This document shows, one piece after another, positions 16,032 to 25,128 of a stretch of DNA of 64,000 nucleotides. Under the pieces are notes generated by a model, which was not told where the DNA came from, made no database searches, and saw nothing but the letters and a program-made list of their open reading frames with translations. The position numbers were made by a program, and so were the translations under genes. The stretch is from IMG/VR virus record IMGVR_UViG_3300049044_000138, one strand, 5' to 3'. Position 1 is the first letter of the stretch. The number at the start of each line of letters is the position of its first letter. This DNA is from a virus.

Positions 16032-19000
16032 TCAGAAGTCGGGCACGTAATCGTCCTGATATTGCGGTGGTGCATGTGCATCGTCGGGCGGCGCAGCGGG
16101 CGACTGCGCCCCATCGGGCAGCATCGGCACGTCCTCACGCACCTTCCCATTCTCGTCGACGAAGTCGCGGGCCTCGCGGACCAGCTTCATGCCGAGCCAC
16201 TGCATCCCGTCGCTGGCCTTCTTCTGAAAGCCCTTGTCGAGCATGGCCTTGCTGAAGCCCCTCTGCGTCCATTCACGCTCACCGGCGGCCTTGCACCAGG
16301 CCACGAACACTTCGTAGAGCCGGGACGACTGGATACGCCCTTGCGGGTCGACGGCCGTGCAGAGTTTCAGGAAGCGGGCCAGCGGGTCGCTATCCTCTCG
16401 ATACTGCGCCGTCGCCTCCCGCACCGCCTCAGGCTCCACCAGCCCATTGTCGAGCCAGTCCAGCAGGCCGCGCACCATATGATTGAGGACGCCAGCAGCT
16501 TCCGCGCGGAGTTTCGCGGGCAGCTGCTCGTCGCGATCCTGCTCCAGGACGTGCGCATTCCATGGCACAAGCTTCATGCGGCGCCAGATGCCTTCGTCCG
16601 TTCCCGGAATGTCGGGCTTATAGTTGCCGCCGATCGTCAGCTTGAACAGCGGCTGAAGATCGAAGAATCCGCGGTGCAACGCGCGCACCGCCATCGGCTC
16701 GCCACCCGTCGCCGCCTTGATCAGCGCTTCGTTCAGCTTCGCGCCGCGCTCCGGCTCCGACGCGCGAAGCATGCGCACGCCGCCCAGGCGCGCGAGATCC
16801 GGCGACGCCTGCTCACCGCGCTTCTTGATGCCCTGGTCGAGGAAGGTCTCGATCCCGATCGTGCCGGAATAGTCGCCCAGGACATAGGCCCACAAGTCGA
16901 TCGTGACGGACTTGCCGTTGCCGCCGAGGCCATACCAGAACTGCAGCTTCTGCTCCGATATGTCCCCGCTGGCGCTATAGCCCGCCCATTGATGCAGATA
17001 GCGCCGCATGCCCGGATCAGGCTGAGCCCATGCCAGGAAGCCGTCATAGACGACCGACACGGCATCCGGATCATAGGTGACCGGCGCGAGCTTCGTATTC
17101 AGATCCTCGCGGCGATGCGGCTCCAGCGTGACGCTCGCCCCATTTTCCTTGTCCCGCTTGAAGCGCAGCGTGCCGTTCAGCACGTTGATCGCCAACGGAT
17201 CTTGATCGAAGTCCTCGATCGGCGCCGTCACCCACCGTTTGGCGAGGCCGGCGATGCATCCGATCCGCCCCGATCCTTCCGACGCGCGACCCCATTTGAC
17301 GATCAGCTCCGACAGAATGACGGGGCCGCTCTTCCAATCGACGATCCGGTTCATCGCGCCGACCCGTCGTCCGCTATCGCGATAATAATGCCACTGCGTC
17401 GCCAGCATGATCGTCGGCTTGTCATCCTCGGGCAGCGGCTCATCCGGCTCAGCGAACCCGGTTGAGGCCACGAAATCGGCCTCGCGCTGGATCGAGCGCA
17501 CGGTATCGAACACGGCCGCCTGCACTTCCGCCGGCAGCGTGTCCTTGTCCTGGTCGAGCACCTTCCAGCGGCGGCCGTCCCAGCCCAGCCAGCCCTTGGC
17601 CGTGGTGAAGCGGAAGCTGCTGCCATAGCGAGCGTTGAACCGCTCGGCATTGCCGAGATCCGTGCGCTGGAATCCGGCGCAGCGCATGTCCAGCAGCATC
17701 GGCGCGATGTCGAAGCCCTTGGCCACGCCAGCGGCGAAGCTGCGCTCGATATCGTCGGCCGAGACATCCTCGACGCCCTCGGACACTTCGTCGATCGCGT
17801 CGTCGGCCATGTCCTGGTCGATCAGGCCCGCGCCGACGCGCCGGCCCATGCCCCAGGCGAACAGCGTCACGCCATCCTTCGTGCGCTCCGCTGCCTCGAT
17901 CATGCCGCTCAGCCGCTTTTCAGCGACCGCCTTTAGCCGATCCTGCACCTCCGCCGTCTGGTCGGAGAATTTCGCCTCCATGGTTCCAACCGGAAGCTTT
18001 TGATTCTCGACGACCCACCGGGGGGCAGGGGGGAACTCGGCATTGAAGAGCCCGCGCCAATAGGATTGATACTGCGCCCGCGTTTCCTCGTGCCGCACCG
18101 TGGCCGCGAGGTCGGCCAGCTGCTGCCAGATCGCCGCCCTTCCTTCCGGCGTGTCGCGATCGCCGGCGGCCAGCACCGCGGTCCAGACATAACTGGAGAG
18201 GGAAAGGCCGGTAGCGATCAGATCGTCGATCGCCTCACGTCCGCATTCGCGCACCAGGCTGTCGGGGTCGTAACCATCCGGAAGGGTCGCGATCTTCAGC
18301 GACCGACCCGGGCCAGCCATCGGAAGGGCGCGAACGCAGGCACGGGCGGCCGCCATGCGGCCCGCTTCGTCGCCATCCATCAGCAGCACCGGGCATTCCG
18401 TCACGCGCCACGCGCGCTCCAGCTGCTCGGCCGTGATCGCGGTGCCCATGGGCGCGACCGCCTCCTCGATCCCGGCCTGGTCGAGCGCGATCACGTCGAA
18501 ATAGCCTTCGACGACGACCAGCCGCCGCGCCGATCGCGCCGCCGGCGCCGCGCGGTGCAGGTTGAACAGCACGCGTCCCTTGTCGAAATGCTCCGACTGG
18601 TCGCTGTTCAGATATTTGGGCTGGGCTTCACCGAAGGCACGGCCGCCGAAGCCGATAGGGCGTCCGCGTGCGTCATGGATCGGAACCATGAGCCGATGCC
18701 GGAAGCGATCGCGGCGACCCTTTTCCGTGTCGACGACCAGGCCGGCCGCCATCAGCTGGTCGACCGCGATACCGATGGCGGAGATCCCGCCGCGCGCAGG
18801 CGCGAAGCCCAGGCCGAAGCGCTCGATCGCCGCGTCGTTCACGCCGCGCGCGGCCAGCGCCTCCATCGCGACGCCAGCCTGCTCCAGCTGCTGCGCATAC
18901 CAATCGGCCGCTTCGCCCAGCACTTGGCCGACATGCTCGACCCGCCGCGCCCGCTCAGCCTCTTCCGCCGTTCGTGCCGGCATATCCATGCCCGCGGCCG

Positions 19001-19265
19001 TCGCGAGCTGCTTCACCGCATCGATGAAGTCCATGCCCTCATGATCGGTGAGCCAGCGCAGCGCGTCGCCATGGGCGCCGCAACCGAAGCAATGGTAAAA
19101 TTCCTTGTCGTCATTGACGGTGAAGCTGGCCGTCTTTTCGCTATGGAACGGGCAGCAGCCCTTATGTTCCTTGCCCTTTTTCTCCAGCTTCACCTTCTGC
19201 CCGATCAGGGCGGAGAGCGGCGTGCGGGCGCGGATTTCATCCAGGAACGCAGTCGAAAGAGACAC
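16032..19265 (-). CDS. DnaG-type primase fused to a D5/P4-type SF3 helicase, 1077 aa
   Basis: CHC2 zinc finger (CCPFH...CFGC); TOPRIM (VVEGYFD, MDGDEAG); D5_N (TDLGNAERF); Walker A GLGGNGKS; motif C GGNYKP; C-terminal winged helix. Confidence 0.93.
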   Translation of the reverse strand: MSLSTAFLDEIRARTPLSALIGQKVKLEKKGKEHKGCCPFHSEKTASFTVNDDKEFYHCFGCGAHGDALRWLTDHEGMDFIDAVKQLATAAGMDMPARTAEEAERARRVEHVGQVLGEAADWYAQQLEQAGVAMEALAARGVNDAAIERFGLGFAPARGGISAIGIAVDQLMAAGLVVDTEKGRRDRFRHRLMVPIHDARGRPIGFGGRAFGEAQPKYLNSDQSEHFDKGRVLFNLHRAAPAARSARRLVVVEGYFDVIALDQAGIEEAVAPMGTAITAEQLERAWRVTECPVLLMDGDEAGRMAAARACVRALPMAGPGRSLKIATLPDGYDPDSLVRECGREAIDDLIATGLSLSSYVWTAVLAAGDRDTPEGRAAIWQQLADLAATVRHEETRAQYQSYWRGLFNAEFPPAPRWVVENQKLPVGTMEAKFSDQTAEVQDRLKAVAEKRLSGMIEAAERTKDGVTLFAWGMGRRVGAGLIDQDMADDAIDEVSEGVEDVSADDIERSFAAGVAKGFDIAPMLLDMRCAGFQRTDLGNAERFNARYGSSFRFTTAKGWLGWDGRRWKVLDQDKDTLPAEVQAAVFDTVRSIQREADFVASTGFAEPDEPLPEDDKPTIMLATQWHYYRDSGRRVGAMNRIVDWKSGPVILSELIVKWGRASEGSGRIGCIAGLAKRWVTAPIEDFDQDPLAINVLNGTLRFKRDKENGASVTLEPHRREDLNTKLAPVTYDPDAVSVVYDGFLAWAQPDPGMRRYLHQWAGYSASGDISEQKLQFWYGLGGNGKSVTIDLWAYVLGDYSGTIGIETFLDQGIKKRGEQASPDLARLGGVRMLRASEPERGAKLNEALIKAATGGEPMAVRALHRGFFDLQPLFKLTIGGNYKPDIPGTDEGIWRRMKLVPWNAHVLEQDRDEQLPAKLRAEAAGVLNHMVRGLLDWLDNGLVEPEAVREATAQYREDSDPLARFLKLCTAVDPQGRIQSSRLYEVFVAWCKAAGEREWTQRGFSKAMLDKGFQKKASDGMQWLGMKLVREARDFVDENGKVREDVPMLPDGAQSPAAPPDDAHAPPQYQDDYVPDF

Positions 19266-19390
19266 AGAGACCCACCCCGAAAATCAGGCTTTGCAGATAC
19301 AGATTGGTCCGGGCGGCTTTCGCCTTTGGGTCGGTAGATCGGGCACCATGCCCGATCCTCCATGCGCCCCGGTGCGCGGAAGGCGGATGC

Positions 19391-20053
19391 TCAGCCCGGA
19401 TCGGGATCGACCGGCGCGAGCAGATCCGGAGCCCGGAACGGCGTCAGGACATCATAGACACAAAGATTCTCGATCGCGGCCGCGTCCCAGACGCACCAGA
19501 TCACTTCCATGGTCGGCGCACCCTTGCCGAGAAAATCCGGCCGCCAGTTCAGCGCGTAGATCCGCGACGGCGTGCGCTGCCGCCAAAGGCCCGTGCGGAC
19601 CTGCGCATGCCAGAAGGTCGACTTCAGCAGCATGGCGACATAGGTGCAGCCCAGGTCGCCATGCAGATGCCGGATCATTTCCTCCGCCAGCGTGAAGGGC
19701 GGGTTCGTCACCACCACCGGCGAAAGCGCCTGCCGGCAAAGCAGGAGATCCTGCTGCGTCACCCGATGCTCCGGATCGGCGACTAGGTCGGTCGCGATCG
19801 TCACGAAGCCAGCCGCTTCCAGCTCGCCCGAGATCGCACCGCCACGGCCGCACGGCTCCCATACCGGATTGACCAGATCGCAGGCGTCGAGCAGATGCTC
19901 CCGCTCTGCCGCGATGAACGCGCGAGTGACCGTTGCCGGCGTCGGATAATAATCATTGCCCTGCCGCTCGACCTTCGCCCCGCCGGTCATCATGCGGCCG
20001 AGGCCCTTCGGAGCCGGCCCGGCGATCGCCGGTTCGGGGAACATGTCAGTCAC
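19391..20053 (-). CDS. Orphan DNA amino-methyltransferase (probably N6-adenine)
   Basis: DYYPTP; SAM-binding WEPCGRGG; catalytic TNPPF. Confidence 0.85.
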   Translation of the reverse strand: MTDMFPEPAIAGPAPKGLGRMMTGGAKVERQGNDYYPTPATVTRAFIAAEREHLLDACDLVNPVWEPCGRGGAISGELEAAGFVTIATDLVADPEHRVTQQDLLLCRQALSPVVVTNPPFTLAEEMIRHLHGDLGCTYVAMLLKSTFWHAQVRTGLWRQRTPSRIYALNWRPDFLGKGAPTMEVIWCVWDAAAIENLCVYDVLTPFRAPDLLAPVDPDPG

Positions 20054-20334
20054 AGGAGCGGCCTCACAACTGCACGTGGATCGAGCGGCTGATCGCCTTC
20101 GTCCTCGGCCTCAAATTCCAGACAAGAAGGCGCGCCGTCATCATCCTGCACCCAAGCTTGGGGATAGGAGGGATCATCGATCTCAAATGCCATTGTGAGC
20201 GTGATGATCTCGCACCCCGCAAATGCGTCACCTTCACGTCTCGCTTGATCCCTCATGCAACGCGCGCACCAGGCCGACATGAAGATCTCGCCTTCGGTTC
20301 CGTTCGACGGGCGATAGGGGTGAAGGTCAGCCAT
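20050..20334 (-). CDS. Hypothetical Cys-rich phage protein
   Basis: YRPSNGTEG...WCARC...C...C; coupled to its neighbours. Confidence 0.75.
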   Translation of the reverse strand: MADLHPYRPSNGTEGEIFMSAWCARCMRDQARREGDAFAGCEIITLTMAFEIDDPSYPQAWVQDDDGAPSCLEFEAEDEGDQPLDPRAVVRPLL

Positions 20335-20337
20335 GGA

Positions 20338-21468
20338 TCAGACCCGCAGCGGCATCAGGACGTAAAGCCCAGCCGCTTCCTCGCTATTTTGCCAAAGGGA
20401 GGGAGCTGTCGGGTCCGCCAGCAGCACCCGGGCGCGCGTCCCTTCGGCTCCGGTGCCCTTCAGCTGCGCCAGAATGTCGAGCAGGAAGCGGCCGTTGAAG
20501 CCGATGCGCAGCGCATCCCCGTTGAACTCGCACGGCACGTCCTCGCTGGCCGTCCCCGTTTCTGGGCTGACAACCTCCAGCGTGATCGCCTTCGCCTCGA
20601 AATTCACCGCGATCGTCTTCGTCTTGTCGCTGCTGATCGTCAGCACGCGCTCAACCGCTTCCGCCAGCGGACCGGGCTCGAACCAGCAATCGAGCCTGTT
20701 GCTCACCGGAATGACGCGCGAATATTCCGGGAAGGCCCCGTCGATCGTCTTGCCGGTGAGAACGGTCTTGCCGATCTCGAAGCGGAAGCGCTGAGTGCTG
20801 ACAGACACGCCCACCGTGCCGCCTTCCTCATCCAGAAGCTGGCTCAGCGTGGCGATGGCCTTGCGCGGGATGATGATGCCGGGCATTCCTTCCGCGCCGT
20901 CCAGCACCTCCCAATGATAGCGGGCGAGACGGTTGCCATCGGTCGCGGCCGCGAATTGGCAGCTGCTGCCGTCGGGCACATGGACATAGATCCCGTTCAG
21001 ATAATAACGGGTCTCTTCGTTTGCGATCGCGAACTTCACGCTTTCGATCAGCTTGATCAGCTGCGTCGCGTCCTGCTCCCATTCGGCATCCCAATCGCCC
21101 ATCGCGATGGTCGGGAAATCGTCGGTCGGCAGGGTGTTGAGCTTGAAGCGAGCCCGGCCGCACTTGATCGTGATGCCGGTATTGCCGTCCGGCGCGATCG
21201 ACGCGATGCCTTCGGTCGGCAGCTTGGCCGCGATCGAAGCGAGCGTCGAGGCATCGACGCAGAAGTTCATCGCCTTGTTTGCCCCGGCATCCTCCAGGTC
21301 GACGATCTTCTCGACCATGATATCGAGGTCGGTGCTGGTCAGGAACATCTGCCCGGGCGTCGACGTGATCAGCACATGCGACAGGATCGGGATGGTGTTG
21401 CGGGTTTCGACGACCGCTTTGATCGCCTTCAGCGCGCCGCGCAGCGCCTTCACCTTCACCTGCATCAT
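20338..21468 (-). CDS. dnaN: DNA polymerase III beta sliding clamp homologue, 376 aa
   Basis: RNTIPILSHVL, TDLDI, ETRYYLNG, ATDGNRLA, IDGAFPEY, IGFNGRFLLD, LMPLRV; true start 21468 (ATGA overlap), not 21876. Confidence 0.95.
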   Translation of the reverse strand: MMQVKVKALRGALKAIKAVVETRNTIPILSHVLITSTPGQMFLTSTDLDIMVEKIVDLEDAGANKAMNFCVDASTLASIAAKLPTEGIASIAPDGNTGITIKCGRARFKLNTLPTDDFPTIAMGDWDAEWEQDATQLIKLIESVKFAIANEETRYYLNGIYVHVPDGSSCQFAAATDGNRLARYHWEVLDGAEGMPGIIIPRKAIATLSQLLDEEGGTVGVSVSTQRFRFEIGKTVLTGKTIDGAFPEYSRVIPVSNRLDCWFEPGPLAEAVERVLTISSDKTKTIAVNFEAKAITLEVVSPETGTASEDVPCEFNGDALRIGFNGRFLLDILAQLKGTGAEGTRARVLLADPTAPSLWQNSEEAAGLYVLMPLRV

Positions 21469-21917
21469 GCCGCGATATCCTTGTCGAGGGCGCCGTCGAG
21501 CAGCGCGATCATGGCCATCACCGGCCGTTGCCCGGTCGCTCGGGCGTGCTGACAGACCCGCTCCCATGTCGGAGCCCAGCGATCGCGGATGATGCCGGTC
21601 GCAAGCGATGGCGCACCCTCCAGCGCCTTTTCCTGCAACTGCGTGCCCAGCGACACGTCCTGGAACAGGTTCGTCGGCACCGGATCGGCTTCCACGGGCT
21701 CGACGACTGGAGCCGGCGCAGGCGACGGGCGCATCGAAGGCACCAGGGCGAGATCGAACTGGTGGATCTTCCCTTCCTGCCGCAGCTGCTGGACGGCGGC
21801 CGCGAACGCACCGACCTTCAGGCCGGTCAGGCGACGCAGATCCGGCATCGTCCAGCCGCCCACGGGCGTTTTGCACCGCTGCAGCTCCAAAATAATCCTA
21901 TCGGCAGCTTCGCTCAC
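21465..21917 (-). CDS. Hypothetical protein with an N-terminal winged HTH
   Basis: WTMPDLRRLTGLKVGAFAAAVQQLRQEGKI; coupled at both ends. Confidence 0.7.
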   Translation of the reverse strand: MSEAADRIILELQRCKTPVGGWTMPDLRRLTGLKVGAFAAAVQQLRQEGKIHQFDLALVPSMRPSPAPAPVVEPVEADPVPTNLFQDVSLGTQLQEKALEGAPSLATGIIRDRWAPTWERVCQHARATGQRPVMAMIALLDGALDKDIAA

Positions 21918-22721
21918 TCAGGCCTCCAGCGCTTCAGCGACAGCGCGGCCGATCGCCACGACGGCGGCCTCGCGCATGTTGTTGTTGGGTTGTTCCGCCT
22001 TCACGCGGTTGATCTCATCGCGCCATTCAGCCTGGTCGGCACCGCCCAGGACGATCGCGATCAGATCCTGCTGTCCCACGCCATGCGCGGCGATCGCCGC
22101 TTCGACGCCGGGGAAGATCGTGCCGAAATAGCGCAGCACCTGCCCTGAGAAGGCGACGGAAGCCGTCAGGCATGCCGAGCGCAGCACCTGCTCACCGCTC
22201 TGGCGCAGGCACTTCTCCAGACCGCCGATGTTGCAGATTTGGCCGGGCTTCCACGCATCGGGGTTGGTCGTCGCAGCGACAGACAAGCCAGCATTGTTGA
22301 GGGCGTCGAGGATCTTGCCCGCGTCGCCATCGCCAGCCGCGAGCGCGGCCTTGAACAGGTCGAGCTTGCTTAGCGGCCGCCGCTGCTGGTTCAGCGCGAC
22401 GAAGGCCGCAGCCTCATCATCGGCGCAGCGCGACGCGATGACGACGCAGGGCAGATCGTAAATGTCGCCGCGATCGCGAGCCGCCGCGAGGCGGTGCTGG
22501 CCGTCGATCACCCAAAGCGACCCATCTTCGCGCTTCGCGACATTCAGGGGCTGGCACAGGCCCCAATCCCATTCCCGCGCGATCCGCTTGACCAGCGACT
22601 GGCTAGGCCCGGTGTCGATCGAGCGCTGATAGCTGTCGTCGATCCGCAGATCCGCGATCGGGCGAAACTCCAGGCTCGGCCGCTGGCCACGCTGGGCACG
22701 AAGTTTGGCCGCGCCGCTCAT
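21918..22721 (-). CDS. ParB N-terminal-domain protein (DUF6551-like)
   Basis: LRIDDSYQR, PLNVAKR, VIDGQHRLAA. Confidence 0.8.
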   Translation of the reverse strand: MSGAAKLRAQRGQRPSLEFRPIADLRIDDSYQRSIDTGPSQSLVKRIAREWDWGLCQPLNVAKREDGSLWVIDGQHRLAAARDRGDIYDLPCVVIASRCADDEAAAFVALNQQRRPLSKLDLFKAALAAGDGDAGKILDALNNAGLSVAATTNPDAWKPGQICNIGGLEKCLRQSGEQVLRSACLTASVAFSGQVLRYFGTIFPGVEAAIAAHGVGQQDLIAIVLGGADQAEWRDEINRVKAEQPNNNMREAAVVAIGRAVAEALEA

Positions 22722-24469
22722 GCCGCTTCATCCATCTCAGCGGCCATGGCTCCAGCCCATGCTTCGATCGAGGGCCAGACCTGCATCGCGCCGTTCGCGC
22801 TTTCGACCAGTTCGGCCAGATCATCGTAGAAAAAGCTGGCATTCTCATCGCCGGCATCTTCCTGCTCATCGACATAGGCACCGCTTTCCCAGCGGAAATG
22901 CGTAACGCCATCAACATGCACGACTGCTGGCTGGGGGTCCATTGCCAGGACTTCGTTATGCTGCGCTGCCAGCGCGGCAGCTTCCTCTTCCTTGGCTTTC
23001 TGCTCAGCTTCACGCTGCGCGGCCGCTTCCGCTTCCTGACGGTCGAATTCGGCTTCAGCCGCTTCCAGCTGGGCATCGATCTCAGCGGGCGTCACCATGA
23101 CGCCGATCGTGACCGAATAACATTCACCGATGCCGTCGATTTCTTCCGTCCGGTGCAGCGAGGGGCGCATGCTCTGCCAGAAATGGCGGCCCTCTACCTT
23201 CTGCTCGCGGATATCCCTTGCGGCCAGGAACGCCGCCACAGACCGGATGGAGGCCGCGCGACGCTCCGCCGCGCGCTCAGCTTCCGATTTCGTCGGCGCA
23301 TCCTGCCGGGCAGGCACAATGTCGGCCATCCGCGCACCCGGGACGAAAAAACCTTCGTCCAGGACCAAATTGCCGGCGTGGTTCACCCCCGCATAGCCGA
23401 TGATATCGATCCCGCTGTCGCTGGCTTTCTCGCGCAGCTTTGCCATGCTCGGCAGATCGGTGCGCCAATAGGGCCGCTCGACCTTCTCATAGCCCTTCGG
23501 AGGTTTTGGGACCTTGCCTAAGCGCAGCCCCGGCACGAGGATCACGGCGCTGGTGGTCGGATGATTGCGCTTTGCGTCGGCTTCGACGCCCACGATCTGG
23601 AAATTCGCCCGATCAGTGGCGATGCCGACGATGATGTCGGGATCAATCAGCTTCCGGCCTGAATAATTCTCGGCATCACCGAAGAGATCATCTTCATAGC
23701 GGCCGCCCTTTTTCTCATAATCCGCCTTGCCAACGAATTTGAACAGCGCGTCGCCGGTCGTCATCACCGAGTTCGTGATACCTGATCGGATGCTCTGGAC
23801 GCCATGGCCCCAGGCTCCCTTCTTCTGTTCCGCCGCGAAGATCTTCAGCTGCAGCTTTTGGTCCTGCGTTGCCGCATAGGCTATGGCCGCATCGATCGTC
23901 AGCTGACCCGCGCGCATCGCTTCGAGAACTTCCGGCGCGAGCGCAGCCAGCCGCAGGCGCTGCTTCACATAGCGCTCGCTGAAGCCGAACTGCTTTGCCA
24001 GATCGGCGGGCGACAGCGTGCCCCGTCGCATCAGCTGGGCGAACGCTAGAAACTCATCCGCCGGGTTCATGTCGCGCTTGGCGAGGTTTTCCGACAGGGA
24101 TAGGTCGATGGCCTCAGCCGCCTCGCGGATCAGCACAGGCACGTCAAAGCTGTCATCCATAACGCCGCGATCGCGCAGGACATGAAGCGCCTGAAGCCGA
24201 CGGCCGCCACCGACAACGTAGACCGCATCCTTGTCGATGTCGGTATCGCCTTTGTAGCCGATCAGATTCTGCAGAAGGCCATGCGCGGCGATATCGTCGG
24301 CCAGGCTTTCGACATCGGCCGCCTTGTCCGTATGGCGCACATTTTCAGGCGCGCGGACAAGACGACCGAGCGGCACCGGCTGAATTGCCATAGGTGCGAC
24401 CCGAGGGCTGGCCGGTGCGGTAATCTCTTCTGACGCCACAGTCGGCGTCGCTTTCTTAGGTCTTGCCAT
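22718..24469 (-). CDS. ParB/RepB/Spo0J-family protein, 583 aa
   Basis: ENVR...GLLQNL...GGGRRLQAL; SLSEN...MNPADE; HTH (LAKQFGFSERYVKQRLRLA). Confidence 0.9.
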   Translation of the reverse strand: MARPKKATPTVASEEITAPASPRVAPMAIQPVPLGRLVRAPENVRHTDKAADVESLADDIAAHGLLQNLIGYKGDTDIDKDAVYVVGGGRRLQALHVLRDRGVMDDSFDVPVLIREAAEAIDLSLSENLAKRDMNPADEFLAFAQLMRRGTLSPADLAKQFGFSERYVKQRLRLAALAPEVLEAMRAGQLTIDAAIAYAATQDQKLQLKIFAAEQKKGAWGHGVQSIRSGITNSVMTTGDALFKFVGKADYEKKGGRYEDDLFGDAENYSGRKLIDPDIIVGIATDRANFQIVGVEADAKRNHPTTSAVILVPGLRLGKVPKPPKGYEKVERPYWRTDLPSMAKLREKASDSGIDIIGYAGVNHAGNLVLDEGFFVPGARMADIVPARQDAPTKSEAERAAERRAASIRSVAAFLAARDIREQKVEGRHFWQSMRPSLHRTEEIDGIGECYSVTIGVMVTPAEIDAQLEAAEAEFDRQEAEAAAQREAEQKAKEEEAAALAAQHNEVLAMDPQPAVVHVDGVTHFRWESGAYVDEQEDAGDENASFFYDDLAELVESANGAMQVWPSIEAWAGAMAAEMDEAA

Positions 24470-24535
24470 GGGAACGTCCTTCTCTCTGTGGTGCCGTGAT
24501 CGGCTTGTTTTTGCGGATGAAAGAGCGGGGGCGGC

Positions 24536-24760
24536 CTATTGTAGGTCGGTCGCCCCCGCAGTTGCGCCGCCACCAGAAAGGGGTCGAGGAGCGGCGGCGA
24601 TCTGCTGTTGGGTTTCGCGGTCGATTTCGTCGGCCCAATTCTCGGCCAGGTCGAAACCGATGCCGAAGATTTCGGCCAGATCGGCGAGCATGCAGCGTCC
24701 GACCTGGTTATAGCGGGCCTCGAAATGGCGGCGGGTGATGGTCATGTCGACGAAGGTCAT
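24536..24760 (-). CDS. Small hypothetical protein
   Basis: 74 aa from ATG 24760 (ATGA overlap). Confidence 0.6.
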   Translation of the reverse strand: MTFVDMTITRRHFEARYNQVGRCMLADLAEIFGIGFDLAENWADEIDRETQQQIAAAPRPLSGGGATAGATDLQ

Positions 24761-25128
24761 CGGCCCGCCTCCGCCAACAGCGCCCCGGGCAGCGCGCGCG
24801 TTTCCAGCGCCGCGCCGATGGCCGCGATCAGCTGCTCGGCCTCTCGCTCGCTGATCTCGGCCATGCCGTCTGCCGTCGCCAGCAGCACCTGCCGCGCCGC
24901 CGGTCGATACAGCGCCATCACGCCGTTTGGGAAACGCCACCGGGCACGCCGGGGAAGTCCCTGCTGCGCCCGAAAATGCTCCATCACCCCACGGTCAATG
25001 CAGCTGGCGCAGAACAAGGCGGGCTCATAGCCGGGCACGCGCAGCGCGTCCCAGCCGTCCGGGAGTGCCAGCTCTGCAACACCCTGCACCATCTGGACGC
25101 AGCCGACGCACTGGACCTGATCACTCAC
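24757..25128 (-). CDS. Hypothetical zinc-ribbon protein
   Basis: CVGC...CASC; coupled operon gene. Confidence 0.7.
   Translation of the reverse strand: MSDQVQCVGCVQMVQGVAELALPDGWDALRVPGYEPALFCASCIDRGVMEHFRAQQGLPRRARWRFPNGVMALYRPAARQVLLATADGMAEISEREAEQLIAAIGAALETRALPGALLAEAGR

Larger units (their letters stand above)
1..24656 (+). repeat. Direct repeat copy 1 (24,656 bp visible; period 39,344 bp)
   Basis: Every ORF in 1-24656 recurs at +39344 with the same length and translation. Confidence 0.98.

Noticed and set aside
21469-21876. Apparent 136-aa N-terminal extension on the beta clamp in the ORF track
   Set aside because: It overlaps the coupled gene 21465..21917 in another frame; clamp homology starts at ATG 21468.
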